From Undibacterium sp. Ji22W (lineage in GTDB: Bacteria; Pseudomonadota; Gammaproteobacteria; Burkholderiales; Burkholderiaceae_D), in NCBI RefSeq assembly GCF_049340305.1, contig NZ_JBMPOU010000001.1, forward strand, positions 631,511-671,510: 40,000 nucleotides of DNA, read 5' to 3'. A program made the position numbers and the translations under genes. Below the pieces are notes generated by a model. It was given only the letters and a program-made list of their open reading frames with translations, was not told the origin of the DNA and searched no databases. This document shows positions 1-9,709 of this stretch, piece by piece. How positions within the stretch are numbered: position 1 is the stretch's first letter; each line of letters opens with the position of its first letter.

Positions 1-104
1 CCCAGATAAATAATATCCACAGGCCAGTGCATAGCCTCTACATAAAAACGCATCGTGGCTTCTTTGGACCAATAATAAGACAGTGGTGCGAGGGAGAGTT
101 TCAT
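1..104 (-). CDS. ubiV: U32-family protein UbiV (YhbV-like); only the 5' part is present because the gene runs off the left edge
   Basis: Reverse-strand ATG at 104-102. The translation MKLSLAPLSYYWSKEATMRFYVEAMHWPVDIIYLG stays open to base 1 and resembles the E. coli YhbV/UbiV N-terminus (MKYSLGPVLWYWPKE...). It lies downstream of ubiU. It is absent from the ORF track because no stop codon falls in the window. Confidence 0.6.
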   Translation of the reverse strand, partial: MKLSLAPLSYYWSKEATMRFYVEAMHWPVDIIYL

Positions 105-210
105 AAGTTCTTTAGGTCTATATTTTCAAGCAAATGGCAGAGCGATTAGCTGCGTTGTAAGTTGGTGTACTTCGATACATCTATATTTTCTGAATCCCCC
201 CTCACCCTAA

Positions 211-234
211 CCCTCTCCCGCTCGCGGGAGAGGG
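211..234. repeat. REP-like GC-rich hairpin (CCCTCTCCCG-ctcg-CGGGAGAGGG) in the ubiU-ubiV spacer
   Basis: Perfect 10-bp stem with a 4-nt loop, preceded by CCCCTCACCCTAA. This is the GGGAGAGGG/CCCTCACCC type of intergenic repeat common in proteobacteria. A second hairpin (GCAATAC-gtcg-GTATTGC) lies at about 327-344. Confidence 0.5.
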
Positions 235-393
235 GACTTGGTTCGAGGAATTTTGGTGAGTTCAATGAACCTTAATCGTGCTCAGAAATTCGATTCTAGG
301 GATGCAGGGCTAGGCGCCAAGCACAGCAATACGTCGGTATTGCGAGCATTGGTAACAACGCCATGCGCCCTATAATCGGATTTATGAGTACGA

Positions 394-1404
394 TTATTTC
401 CAGGGACGCTCGAATGCCCCTTGCGTCACTTGCGCTCCTTCAGCATGTTTCGCCAAGGTCGCATTCCAATCCGGCCTTGCCGTATATCGTTCAGGATCAT
501 GTTCAGCGGAATCCAACGCCGCTCGCAATGTGCCCACCACTTGTGATACATAATTGGGACTGCGTTGACGGCCTTCAATCTTGATCGCTCTCACACCCAT
601 TTTGAGCAACTGCGGCAATAAACCTATGGCATTCAAGCTGGTTGGTTCCTCTAAGGCGTAATCAATTTGTCCTTCGACTTCAAAGCGACCTTTACACAGC
701 GTCGGATAACCAGCAGCTTCGTTCGGTGCGTAGCGGTCAATCAAAGTACCACTCAGGCGCGCGGATAAGACCCTGTCTTTTTCTTCCCAGCTGACAGCAT
801 GACCGGGCGAGCAGACGCCTTTATTGTTGGGTGAATCTCCGGTGACATAACTCGATAACAGGCAACGTCCTTCCGCCATCACGCACAGGCTGCCAAAGCC
901 AAATACTTCAATTTCAACATCTGTCTGGCGAATAATTTTTTCAATTTCGGTCAGGGTCAATACGCGTGGAAGTACCGCACGACGTATGCCAAATTGTTCA
1001 CGCATGAGTTCAATCGCATCGACTGTGGTGGATGAGCTCTGCACGGATAAGTGCAAACGCACATCAGGATAACGATGGCGCGCATACGCCATTAATCCCG
1101 GATCGGCCAGAATAATCGCGTCGGCACCGAGCAATACGGCAGTGTCGATGGCGGCACGCCACTCATGCGCCATTTGTGCTTGCGGGTAAGTATTGATGGC
1201 AAACAACACCTGTTTGCCTCTTTGATGGGCGTACTCTACGCCAAGTCGGATATCGGCATCGGTGAAATTTAATCCACCAAAATTACGGGCATTGGTGGCA
1301 TTTCGCAAACCTAAATAGACGGCATCGGCACCTTTGTCGACTGCCGCTTTGAGCGCAACTAAGCTGCCTGCGGGTGCTACGAGATCGAGTGTTTTCATGC
1401 GCAA
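394..1404 (-). CDS. ubiU: U32-family protein UbiU (YhbU-like), O2-independent ubiquinone biosynthesis
   Basis: 336-aa ORF with strong recalled similarity to E. coli YhbU/UbiU: GSLCVMAEGRCLLSSYVTGDSPN, AGYPTLCKGRF, ALEEPTSLN, IKIEGRQRSPNYVSQV. Confidence 0.85.
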   Translation of the reverse strand: MRMKTLDLVAPAGSLVALKAAVDKGADAVYLGLRNATNARNFGGLNFTDADIRLGVEYAHQRGKQVLFAINTYPQAQMAHEWRAAIDTAVLLGADAIILADPGLMAYARHRYPDVRLHLSVQSSSTTVDAIELMREQFGIRRAVLPRVLTLTEIEKIIRQTDVEIEVFGFGSLCVMAEGRCLLSSYVTGDSPNNKGVCSPGHAVSWEEKDRVLSARLSGTLIDRYAPNEAAGYPTLCKGRFEVEGQIDYALEEPTSLNAIGLLPQLLKMGVRAIKIEGRQRSPNYVSQVVGTLRAALDSAEHDPERYTARPDWNATLAKHAEGAQVTQGAFERPWK

Positions 1405-1630
1405 GATGGTAGCTATACGCGCTGCACACGTCTTTGTCTTAGGTCAATGAAATGATGGATGCACGATTGTTCTCATGCAGCAAATGCTGCATAAGCTACA
1501 GAAAGCTAAGTTGGATTTGTCGCTTTGCCTATTTTTTGAGCTATGATGAAGTGCTGATGAAGTGCTTATGAAGCACTGATATTCGCTCACAGCACGATGT
1601 TGTTCTGATTGCTTACTTGAATAGGAGTCA

Positions 1631-3016
1631 ATGATGAAACCCCGTCGTTCCACCTGTCGTATCCCGCATCGCATGACCACGCTAAGCATATTGTTATTGG
1701 CAGCAGGCTTATTTAGTTTGCCAGAAACCAGTTTGGCGCAGACAAAAAATAAAGCCGCGGCCCCCATTAAACCCTCCACTGCCGGCAAAGAATTTGTACA
1801 AGTTGTCAAACCACCCATCGCCTTAGCGTATATCGATGTCGCGACCAGCGGTAGTGATATGCCAGGTGGAAATTTGATGGCAGGTGCGGCGCAGGGAGCA
1901 CAATCGGGTGGTGGATTATTTGGTGCTTTAACCGGCATGGCGAAAGGCGCAATGGGCGGTGCCAGTGATCGCGGCAACGTATTTGGCAGTACACATAGTC
2001 TGGGTTTTGTCAGTGGTAAGTTTCTCGACATCTCAGTGTATACCAGCAAAAATCCGGGTTTGAGTGAAGCGAAACAATTCATTCCTAATGTGATGAATTT
2101 GGGCGAGAGTCTGCAATTGAACGCACCAGTGCCGGAAAAGATAGTGCATGTGCCAGTCGATGAAACTCCGGTTGAACCAACCTACGAAAAACCCAAGGGA
2201 AAAATTTCTGTGTATTGGGGCTGCGGCGAAACCATACGTCCGGGGCAACCGCGCACCTTGGACGTGGCGACGGCATCGATGGACGACTATGCCAAATTTT
2301 TTGTCATGCGTGGTAAAACCACCAAGGGCGCACGCTGGCAACCAGGACATCCCGCGTGGCCAAATAAAGTGGACGACAGAAAAGTACCGGATACCGCTTC
2401 GCTCGTAGGCCAACATAACTTTGTCGGCAATGGCATTCCGGAAAGCTTCAAAGTCAGCTTAGCCGCGCCACAAGACTTGATGCCATCCATTGAACTCAAA
2501 CAAACGAAAAAAGATGGTGCGGTCGCGCTGGACTGGAAAAGTATCCCTCACGCCCGTGGCTATTTTGTGACTGTGATGGGTGGCAAGTCAGATGGAAGCG
2601 CAGGTGAAAATGCGAGCGGCGAAATGATCGTCTGGACATCGAGTGAGTTGGCCGATCTTGGATTCGGTTTAATGGATTATCAATCGAATCAAGATATTGA
2701 TAAATGGATCAAAGAAAAAGTTATCTTATCCGCCAACGCTACACAATGCGCAGTGCCTAAAGGTATTTTTCCGGATGGTGGTGCGGGCATGCTGCGCATG
2801 ATTGCTTACGGCTCTGACGCCTATTTTTCCTATCCACCACGCCCCGAAGACCCTAAGATTGCATGGGAGCCAGATTGGCAAACCAAGGTGAGAGTGAAGT
2901 CGGTATTTGGATCAATTCTCGGGGGGATGGGCGATATGGGAGAGAAACCACAACCTAAGAAAGAAGAGAAAAAAAATAAAGCCACCGATTTGTTGAAGAG
3001 TTTATTTGGAAATTAG
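1631..3016 (+). CDS. Exported protein of unknown function (461 aa)
   Basis: Long ORF with an N-terminal signal-like segment (TTLSILLLAAGLFSLPETSLAQT), a Gly/Met/Ala-rich segment and a Lys-rich C-terminal tail. I recognise no family. The opposite-strand ORFs overlapping it look spurious. Confidence 0.6.
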   Translation: MMKPRRSTCRIPHRMTTLSILLLAAGLFSLPETSLAQTKNKAAAPIKPSTAGKEFVQVVKPPIALAYIDVATSGSDMPGGNLMAGAAQGAQSGGGLFGALTGMAKGAMGGASDRGNVFGSTHSLGFVSGKFLDISVYTSKNPGLSEAKQFIPNVMNLGESLQLNAPVPEKIVHVPVDETPVEPTYEKPKGKISVYWGCGETIRPGQPRTLDVATASMDDYAKFFVMRGKTTKGARWQPGHPAWPNKVDDRKVPDTASLVGQHNFVGNGIPESFKVSLAAPQDLMPSIELKQTKKDGAVALDWKSIPHARGYFVTVMGGKSDGSAGENASGEMIVWTSSELADLGFGLMDYQSNQDIDKWIKEKVILSANATQCAVPKGIFPDGGAGMLRMIAYGSDAYFSYPPRPEDPKIAWEPDWQTKVRVKSVFGSILGGMGDMGEKPQPKKEEKKNKATDLLKSLFGN

Positions 3017-3322
3017 CATGCTGAAATGTTGAACCGTGTCCCGCGCAGCAAGATTTTTGAATTGCCGTCATAATCAAGGGATGTCGTTCAGTTGATTTTT
3101 GAATATTCAACTCTCACTCATGTGTGAACTGGATTCCGGTGTTTCGCGATGCTGAGATCACTGGGCTCCTGCTTTCGTGGAAATGACAACCCAGAACAGA
3201 AGACAATGTTTCACTGAACGGCATTCGTAAGAATATATTCATAGAATTTAGTAAGAATCAAAACGGCATAATAGGCTGTACCTTTGATTCCTGATTTATC
3301 AACCCAACGTGGAGAGTGATTT

Positions 3323-4285
3323 ATGAAAGTTCGTTTATCCGGAGTAGCTTTAGCATTGATGACAGCCCTTGCGAGTTTGACTGTTGTACCTGCTTACGCT
3401 GAAGCTCCAATGAGCAAAGCGGCAGCACCGGGATATTACCGCGTGATGTTGGGCGATTTTGAAGTCACCGCTTTGTCCGATGGTACGGTGGCATTACCAG
3501 TGGATAAGCTACTGAACAATAGCAAACCTGAAAAGACTCTGAAGGCACTGCAAAAGTATCATCTGAGTACACCTCTCGATACTTCGGTCAATGCCTATTT
3601 GATTAATACTGGGTCAAAACTAGTATTGATTGATGCAGGTGCCGCCACTTTGTTTGGCCCAACTTTAGGACGCTTGTCCAACAGTTTAAAAGCTGCCGGT
3701 TACACACCCGAACAAGTTGATGAAGTGTATATCACGCACATGCATGGTGATCATGTGGGCGGACTCATGAACGGCGCACAAATGGCATTTCCGAATGCGA
3801 TCGTGCGCGCGGATCAGCGTGATGCCGATTTTTGGTTGAGTCAGGCAAATATGGATAAAGCACCAGCAGATTCTAAAGGAGCGTTTCAAGGTGCAATGGC
3901 TTCGTTGAATCCTTATGTCAAGGCTGGCAAATTTAAAGCATTTGATGGTGATACAGAATTGGTGCCCGGTGTAAAAGCCGTGGCAGCACGTGGTCACACA
4001 CCTGGACATACGATTTATGCAGTGGAAAGTAAGGGACAAAAACTGATGTTGTGGGGCGATTTGATGCACGTCGCTGCGGTGCAGTTTGAAAATCCGACTG
4101 TGACCATTTCCTTTGATAGCGATAATAAGGCAGCGATGGCACAACGACTGAAAGCTTATGCGGATGCGGCTAAGCAAGGTTATATGGTCGGTGCAACGCA
4201 TTTGTCTTTCCCAGGCTTAGGATATTTGCGTACTGAAGGTAAAGGCTACGCGTGGATGCCAGTTAACTATGTGCCAGTGAAATAA
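3323..4285 (+). CDS. Secreted MBL-fold metallo-hydrolase
   Basis: Signal peptide MKVRLSGVALALMTALASLTVVPAYAEA. It has the metallo-beta-lactamase HxHxDH motif (ITHMHGDHVGG) and a later GHTPGH. An RBS (GGAGAG) precedes the ATG. Confidence 0.8.
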   Translation: MKVRLSGVALALMTALASLTVVPAYAEAPMSKAAAPGYYRVMLGDFEVTALSDGTVALPVDKLLNNSKPEKTLKALQKYHLSTPLDTSVNAYLINTGSKLVLIDAGAATLFGPTLGRLSNSLKAAGYTPEQVDEVYITHMHGDHVGGLMNGAQMAFPNAIVRADQRDADFWLSQANMDKAPADSKGAFQGAMASLNPYVKAGKFKAFDGDTELVPGVKAVAARGHTPGHTIYAVESKGQKLMLWGDLMHVAAVQFENPTVTISFDSDNKAAMAQRLKAYADAAKQGYMVGATHLSFPGLGYLRTEGKGYAWMPVNYVPVK

Positions 4286-4372
4286 ACGCCGACATTTTCT
4301 GACATTGCTTTGGGGCAGGATTAGTCCCAAAAAAGTATCCTTGTACAGAATCTGGATACCGTATCCAGATGC

Positions 4373-4431
4373 AAAATCCCGATTCGAATAGCGAGATTAA
4401 TTCTTGTGTATTCGATTCGGGATTTTTTTTC
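4373..4431. terminator. Rho-independent terminator between convergent genes
   Basis: Arms ATCCCGATTCGAATA (4376-4390) and TATTCGATTCGGGAT (4409-4423) pair at 14 of 15 positions. The hairpin is followed by T7-8 (4424-4430) and preceded by AAAA. Confidence 0.55.
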
Positions 4432-4434
4432 GCG

Positions 4435-5766
4435 TCAATCTGCGGGTGTTTGTTGTTCTGCATTGAGCACCAATAAGCTGCTAATTTTGGCGCTGCTGAG
4501 CGGCAATCTTCCTACATCTTTTTCCCACGAAAATAGGAAACGATTTGCGGCACCGCAGATGCGTCCTTGGCAAGCACCCATGCCGCAACGCGTGTGAAGC
4601 TTAGCATCGCGCCAGTCGCGATACTGTTGTAACTGGCTAAAACTGACATCCTCGCAGCGGCAGACGATGGTGTCTGCTTGTGCTAATTGACGTAGTTCTT
4701 TGCGTAAGGCGAAATGGCGATGGAGGCGTTGCGCAAAATTTTTCCAACTATCGCGCTCGCCAAAACAATGCTCGGCTGGTATGTTTTGAATTGTTTGATT
4801 GCTGGCGGCATAGCCCGCGATCGAGCCTTCTGCTAACGCTAAATCGACACCACCGACACCCGTGCCTTCGCCCGCACAGTAGATGCCATCAAGTGATGTC
4901 ATTTGCCATTCGTTGACTTTTACACACGCATAGTCTGTTTCGCTATTTGCATCGTGTTCCAGTTCGCATCCCAGTGCAGCGGCAATATCGATATTCGGAA
5001 TCAAGCCATAACCGCAGGCTAACAAGTCGCATGGCAATTCACGTTGTTCGCCTTGTATATTTACACGTACACCGTTGATTTTGTCATTCCCTACGGCCGC
5101 CTCCACGTAGCTGTTACTGTGGTAGGCGACCGAGCGCAAACTACGCCACAAACCAATAGCCTGAGTGATTTTACTTGGTGTCGCGAGTAAACCTAAACCA
5201 AACTTGCCGAGTTGGCTGAAAGTCGTTTGTTCCAAAATATGGGTGACTTGCGCGCCGCGCTCAATCAAACTGGCAGCAACCGCTAACAGTAAAGGACCAG
5301 TGCCAGCAACGATGATGCGTTTTCCTGCAACCGGATATCCAGCTTTCGCCAAGGCCTGTAAGCCACCTGCACCGGTGACTCCGGGAAGCGTCCAGCCCGG
5401 GAATGGCAACAATAGCTCACGTGCTCCAGTACATAAGATGATTTTTTTTGCAGTCAAAATGTGGGATTGCGTGCCCGCTTGCGAAGCGGCTTGGGTCTCC
5501 ACAATGAATTCATATTCGGCATTTTTTTTAGATGCGTGCACTACTTTCGATTGAAAGTGAAAGCGGACATGATTGTTATTCGTGAGCTTTTGCCACATCG
5601 CGAGTGCCCGTGGGTCGCGTTGTTGCTGTGCACCGCCACGCCAGATTTGGCCGCCTGACATAAAGTTGTCGTCAATGATGTCAATTTGTAGACCAGCGTC
5701 GGCAGCGGCAGTCGCCGCAGCCAGACCTGCGGGACCCGCACCAATGATCAGGATATCGCTACTCAT
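4435..5766 (-). CDS. FAD/NAD(P)-binding oxidoreductase, large (alpha-like) subunit of a D-hydroxyproline/opine/HCN-synthase-type dehydrogenase
   Basis: Dinucleotide fold ILIIGAGPAGLAAA and a C-terminal Cys cluster (CRCEDV...CGMGACQGRICG). I moved the start to the ATG at 5766, which forms an ATGA overlap with the stop of the upstream 2Fe-2S gene. The ORF-track start at 5817 would add 17 aa and overlap that gene. Confidence 0.7.
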   Translation of the reverse strand: MSSDILIIGAGPAGLAAATAAADAGLQIDIIDDNFMSGGQIWRGGAQQQRDPRALAMWQKLTNNNHVRFHFQSKVVHASKKNAEYEFIVETQAASQAGTQSHILTAKKIILCTGARELLLPFPGWTLPGVTGAGGLQALAKAGYPVAGKRIIVAGTGPLLLAVAASLIERGAQVTHILEQTTFSQLGKFGLGLLATPSKITQAIGLWRSLRSVAYHSNSYVEAAVGNDKINGVRVNIQGEQRELPCDLLACGYGLIPNIDIAAALGCELEHDANSETDYACVKVNEWQMTSLDGIYCAGEGTGVGGVDLALAEGSIAGYAASNQTIQNIPAEHCFGERDSWKNFAQRLHRHFALRKELRQLAQADTIVCRCEDVSFSQLQQYRDWRDAKLHTRCGMGACQGRICGAANRFLFSWEKDVGRLPLSSAKISSLLVLNAEQQTPAD

Positions 5767-6029
5767 ACAGCTTCTCCTGTCACGATATACATGTCTTTGA
5801 CACACAAAGTTTGACAAGCCAATTGATGTGGCTGACCATTAATGCTGACCCTACATTCTTGGCAAACGCCCATCCCGCATAAAGGTGCACGCGGCATGCC
5901 AGTCACCGAGACTCGGGTATTTGTGCAACCGCAACGTGCTAAAGCGGCTGCAACGCTGATGCCCGGTTCAACCTGATGGGCTGTGCCGTTGATGATCAGG
6001 CTTAGGGTGGGACGATTAGATGATTTCAT
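5763..6029 (-). CDS. Small (2Fe-2S)-binding subunit (gamma-like)
   Basis: 88 aa with Cys motifs (ARCGCTNTRVS, APLCGMGVCQECRV). It sits between the two flavoprotein genes, as in the LhpBEF / HcnABC / opine oxidase families. Confidence 0.7.
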   Translation of the reverse strand: MKSSNRPTLSLIINGTAHQVEPGISVAAALARCGCTNTRVSVTGMPRAPLCGMGVCQECRVSINGQPHQLACQTLCVKDMYIVTGEAV

Positions 6030-6100
6030 TTTGTATGCGCTGATGAATCGTGTTTGATCGTGGCTGATCGCGTTTGATCATATTAATGATGCAAAAAGTT

Positions 6101-7270
6101 TTAATGCTGACCAGCAGCACGTGAAGGCCAATAGGGTTCGACTGCAATTTTGCTCACTTGCTGACAAATCTGGTCTTTCAAAATCTCAGCCGTGGCAAGC
6201 GAAGTGGTGATGCCCAAGCCTTCATGTCCAGTCGCCATCCAGAGCTTTTGTATGGTGGGGTGCGGACCTATGTAAGGCAAACCATCTGGTGTCGCTGCTC
6301 GAAATCCGGTCCAGGTGCGGATTGCTTTTAGGTCTGCCAATGCAGGGACATAGCTAGTCGCTTGTGCCAGCATTTTGCTGAGTATGCCTGTATCAATTTC
6401 TTTGTGCGTCACATCGAACTGGCGTGAAGAGCCGATGAACACTTGTCCAGTCGGACGGGGTTGTAAATTGAAGGCAACCGAGTCACCGTCAGACGCGTGC
6501 GCGCTTTTGATGTAACCAAGTTCAACCAATTGATGCTGAATGAAGTTGGGATAACGATCGGTGATCACTAGATGTCCTTTTTTGTGGCGCAGTGGTAAAT
6601 CATTGACGAGTTGCGTCGACGCTATCCCATTCGCAACAACGATGTGTTGCGCGAATATTTCACTGCCATCCGCGCATTTAACACCGCGATGTGTACCATC
6701 ATCCAATAAATCGATTGCTGATTGACGATGCAAAGTAGCGCCATGCGCCAAGGCTAATTCCAGTAAGATTTGCGCGCTCTTGGGTGGGTAGACTAAAGCA
6801 TCTTGTTTGACCAATAAGCCACCTGCCAAGCCGGTGCGTAGCTGCGGTTCTCGTTGCCGTAGTTGTTCTGCATTGAGCATTTCGCAAGCGATATCATGAG
6901 CCTGTAAAATTTGGAGTTTGGCACGCGCCGCTTCCATTTCCTCGTCATCCGCGGCGACCCAAATCGTCCCGCATTGCATGTATTCATGGCGAGCTGCTTC
7001 ACGTTGATCTTCGGTGATCAATGCCCGCCACAGTTCCAGTGAATAGCTGCTAAGGGCGAGTTCTGCGGCGTTGTCATCCATCACCACCAGATGTCCCATA
7101 CCTGCTGCCGTTGTGCCGCCGCCTATGGTGCTAGGTTCGATGATGAGGACTTTAAGTCCGGCTTTAGCGAGACTGGCGGCGCAGGCGCAGCCGATGATGC
7201 CACCGCCGATAACGACAACTTCGTAGGTATCTTTAGATTTCATGGTTGATGTCGTAGTTGATGTAATCAT
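6101..7270 (-). CDS. FAD-dependent oxidoreductase (DAO family; beta-like subunit of D-hydroxyproline dehydrogenase)
   Basis: GxGxxG fold YEVVVIGGGIIGCACA. An SD (GGGAG) lies 3-4 nt before the ATG at 7270. The gene is adjacent to the epimerase. Confidence 0.75.
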   Translation of the reverse strand: MITSTTTSTMKSKDTYEVVVIGGGIIGCACAASLAKAGLKVLIIEPSTIGGGTTAAGMGHLVVMDDNAAELALSSYSLELWRALITEDQREAARHEYMQCGTIWVAADDEEMEAARAKLQILQAHDIACEMLNAEQLRQREPQLRTGLAGGLLVKQDALVYPPKSAQILLELALAHGATLHRQSAIDLLDDGTHRGVKCADGSEIFAQHIVVANGIASTQLVNDLPLRHKKGHLVITDRYPNFIQHQLVELGYIKSAHASDGDSVAFNLQPRPTGQVFIGSSRQFDVTHKEIDTGILSKMLAQATSYVPALADLKAIRTWTGFRAATPDGLPYIGPHPTIQKLWMATGHEGLGITTSLATAEILKDQICQQVSKIAVEPYWPSRAAGQH

Positions 7271-7279
7271 TGACTCCCA

Positions 7280-8257
7280 TCATCGGATGCCGAAAATAAA
7301 CGGATCGCGCGGATCGAGAATCAGACTAGCTTCTGCATTCACGTAAGCGGTTCCACGTAAAGTCGGATGAATTTTTCCGGATTCGCTGCTAGGTTCAAAG
7401 CTGCCTTCAAACACGCTGCCAATGATGCTTTCTTGACGCCAGATTTCGCCCGGTTGCAATTTTCCATCCGCTGCCAAACAAGCTAATTTGGCGCTAGTGC
7501 CAGTACCGCAAGGCGAACGGTCATACGCCTTGCCTGGGCATAGTACGAAATTTTGGCTATCGCTTTCGGGTGACGATGGTGGTGCAAATAATTCGATGTG
7601 ATCAATCTCGTCGCCGTTGTCGCCAGTAATTCCGTTCGCATTCAAGGCTTCGCGCACACGCCACGCAAAACTCGTTAGCGCCTCGACATTGGCTAATCGC
7701 ATGTCTTGACCATGGTCGGCGACTAGGAAAAACCAGTTACCACCCCAGGCTACATCGCCAGTAACAGGTCCATGTCCTTCCACTTCGATCTTGACGGCAT
7801 GACGTGCACGATAAGAGGGCACATTGTGAACCGTGACGCTATGGTCTTCATGTAACTCGACCTCTACTGCGCCAACCGGCGTGTCCACCTTATGTCTGCC
7901 GATTTCCAATATGCCTTGATATGCCAAGGTTGCTACCAAACCTATGGTGCCATGGCCACACATGCCGAGATAGCCCACGTTATTGAAAAAGATCACGCCA
8001 ACCGAACAGCTGGTGTCGTAAGGTTTGCACAGTAACGCGCCGACTAAAACATCTGAGCCGCGTGGCTCACATACTACGGCACTACGGAAATGGTCGAATT
8101 TTTCTTTGAATATCACAACCCGTTCTGCTAGTGGCCCATTGCCTAGATCGGGGCCGCCCTCGACGATCAAGCGGGTAGGCTCGCCGCCAGTGTGTGAATC
8201 AATAATACGAATTTTTTGTACGGAATTTGGTAGGCGGTGTGACATCGAATGTGACAT
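7280..8257 (-). CDS. 4-hydroxyproline 2-epimerase (proline racemase family)
   Basis: Both catalytic Cys contexts are present ([12 protein letters not shown] and [12 protein letters not shown]), along with [13 protein letters not shown] trimmed the start from the ORF-track 8575 to the ATG at 8257 ([20 protein letters not shown]), which is preceded by GGAG at 7-nt spacing. The extra 106 aa look non-coding. Confidence 0.8.
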   Translation of the reverse strand: MSHSMSHRLPNSVQKIRIIDSHTGGEPTRLIVEGGPDLGNGPLAERVVIFKEKFDHFRSAVVCEPRGSDVLVGALLCKPYDTSCSVGVIFFNNVGYLGMCGHGTIGLVATLAYQGILEIGRHKVDTPVGAVEVELHEDHSVTVHNVPSYRARHAVKIEVEGHGPVTGDVAWGGNWFFLVADHGQDMRLANVEALTSFAWRVREALNANGITGDNGDEIDHIELFAPPSSPESDSQNFVLCPGKAYDRSPCGTGTSAKLACLAADGKLQPGEIWRQESIIGSVFEGSFEPSSESGKIHPTLRGTAYVNAEASLILDPRDPFIFGIR

Positions 8258-8614
8258 GCGTTCGCTCCAGTCTGCAGAATATAAATCATTAGAAAAATGG
8301 TAAAGGAAAGTGTAGCGAAGCCAGCGATGGCTTGTCTTGCCGATTTCTGCTTTATCGCATGCAGATTTCGGCATAGTTAAATTACATACTGAATCTGGTA
8401 AGGGATTTGTTTGAGGTCGCCATGTATTTCTTCGCCTAATCGACACTTGAAAGAGTCTTGAGTTGTTTTTCTGTAGAATCACGGAACCAAACGCTAGGGA
8501 TTGCTTCCAAGCTTGTTCTGTTTTTACTTGCTGAACAGTACTTGCTGTGACAGAAATGGCGCAAACGCCAAGCATAGTTTCTTAAAATATTTTTACTTGA
8601 AGAAAGAATAAACC

Positions 8615-9643
8615 ATGAGTAGCGTCATTGATTTTCGAAGCGACACGGTCACCCGCCCAACTAACGCAATGCGCATTGCCATGAGTGGTGCAGCTGTAGG
8701 TGATGATGTGTATGGTGATGACCCCACCGTCAATGCGCTAGAGACAAAAATGGCAGCATTAACGGGTATGGAAGCTGCGATGTTAGTGGCGAGCGGTACC
8801 CAGAGTAATCTGGTAGCTTTGTTGACGCACTGCGGGCGCGGTGATGAATATATCGTCGGGCAAAATTATCATACTTACCTGTATGAATCGGGCGGTGCCG
8901 CGAGTTTGGGGAGCATCGTGCCACAACCGGTTGCGGTGGAGCTAGACGGTAGTTTGGATTTAGATAAAATCAAAGCAGTGATAAAACCCGACGACGTGCA
9001 TTACGCGCACTCTACGCTGTTGAGTTTAGAAAATACGCATTCCGGTAAGGTGTTGAGTAATGAGTATTTGCAATCCGCCATCGCGCTGGCGCGCAAGCAT
9101 AAGATGGCCGCCCATTTAGATGGCGCGCGTGTCTTTAATGCTGCAGTGGCGCAGCAATTGCCTGTGGCTGCGATCACGTCGGCTTTTGATACGGTGTCGG
9201 TTTGTTGTTCCAAAGGCTTGGGTGCGCCGATAGGTAGTGTTCTGTGCGGTCCTCGGGACTTTATTCATGCCGCACGTCGCTGGCGCAAGATGGTTGGTGG
9301 TGGTATGCGCCAAGCAGGAATCATCGCAGCGGCGATTGACTATGCGCTCGATCATCACGTCGAGCGTTTAGCTGACGATCATGCACACGCACAGCAATTG
9401 CAGCACAGTCTCAGTGAAATCGTCGAGTTAAAAATTGAAGCCGCCCATACTAATATGCTCTATATCGAATTTGCATCGGTAGAACTTGGCTTGGCTGCTG
9501 GCGATTTTTTGCGCGAACATGGCGTTATTATCTCCGCCGGTAAGCGCGTGCGCTTAGTGACACATTTAGATATCAATACACAGGATGTTGTGCGTTTCGT
9601 GAGTTTATTAAAAGAGTTCTTTCTGGAGCGTCGTGGAGCGTGA
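8615..9643 (+). CDS. ltaE: Low-specificity L-threonine aldolase
   Basis: Near-collinear recalled similarity to E. coli LtaE: DFRSDTVTRP, GDDVYGDDPTVNALE, LLSLENTH, KGLGAPIGS, RKMVGGGMRQAG. Confidence 0.9.
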   Translation: MSSVIDFRSDTVTRPTNAMRIAMSGAAVGDDVYGDDPTVNALETKMAALTGMEAAMLVASGTQSNLVALLTHCGRGDEYIVGQNYHTYLYESGGAASLGSIVPQPVAVELDGSLDLDKIKAVIKPDDVHYAHSTLLSLENTHSGKVLSNEYLQSAIALARKHKMAAHLDGARVFNAAVAQQLPVAAITSAFDTVSVCCSKGLGAPIGSVLCGPRDFIHAARRWRKMVGGGMRQAGIIAAAIDYALDHHVERLADDHAHAQQLQHSLSEIVELKIEAAHTNMLYIEFASVELGLAAGDFLREHGVIISAGKRVRLVTHLDINTQDVVRFVSLLKEFFLERRGA

Positions 9644-9664
9644 TTTTGTAAATTAAATTGCCCG

Positions 9665-9709
9665 CAAAAAAATCAGTGACCAGTGACAATGTTCTGGTCA
9701 CTTATTTTT
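9665..9709. terminator. Bidirectional hairpin terminator between ltaE and the convergent gene
   Basis: AGTGACCAG (9675-9683) pairs with CTGGTCACT (9694-9702). The stem is flanked by an A-run upstream and TATTTTT downstream. Confidence 0.5.

Noticed and set aside
1444-2082. 212-aa minus-strand ORF overlapping the start of the 461-aa exported-protein gene.
   Set aside because: It overlaps a longer, better-behaved + strand ORF, has Pro/Cys/Ala-rich composition, and has no RBS.
8258-8575. N-terminal 106-aa extension of the hydroxyproline epimerase ORF in the track.
   Set aside because: Proline-racemase-family proteins are about 310-335 aa. The extension has no family similarity. An SD-preceded ATG at 8257 gives the canonical N-terminus.
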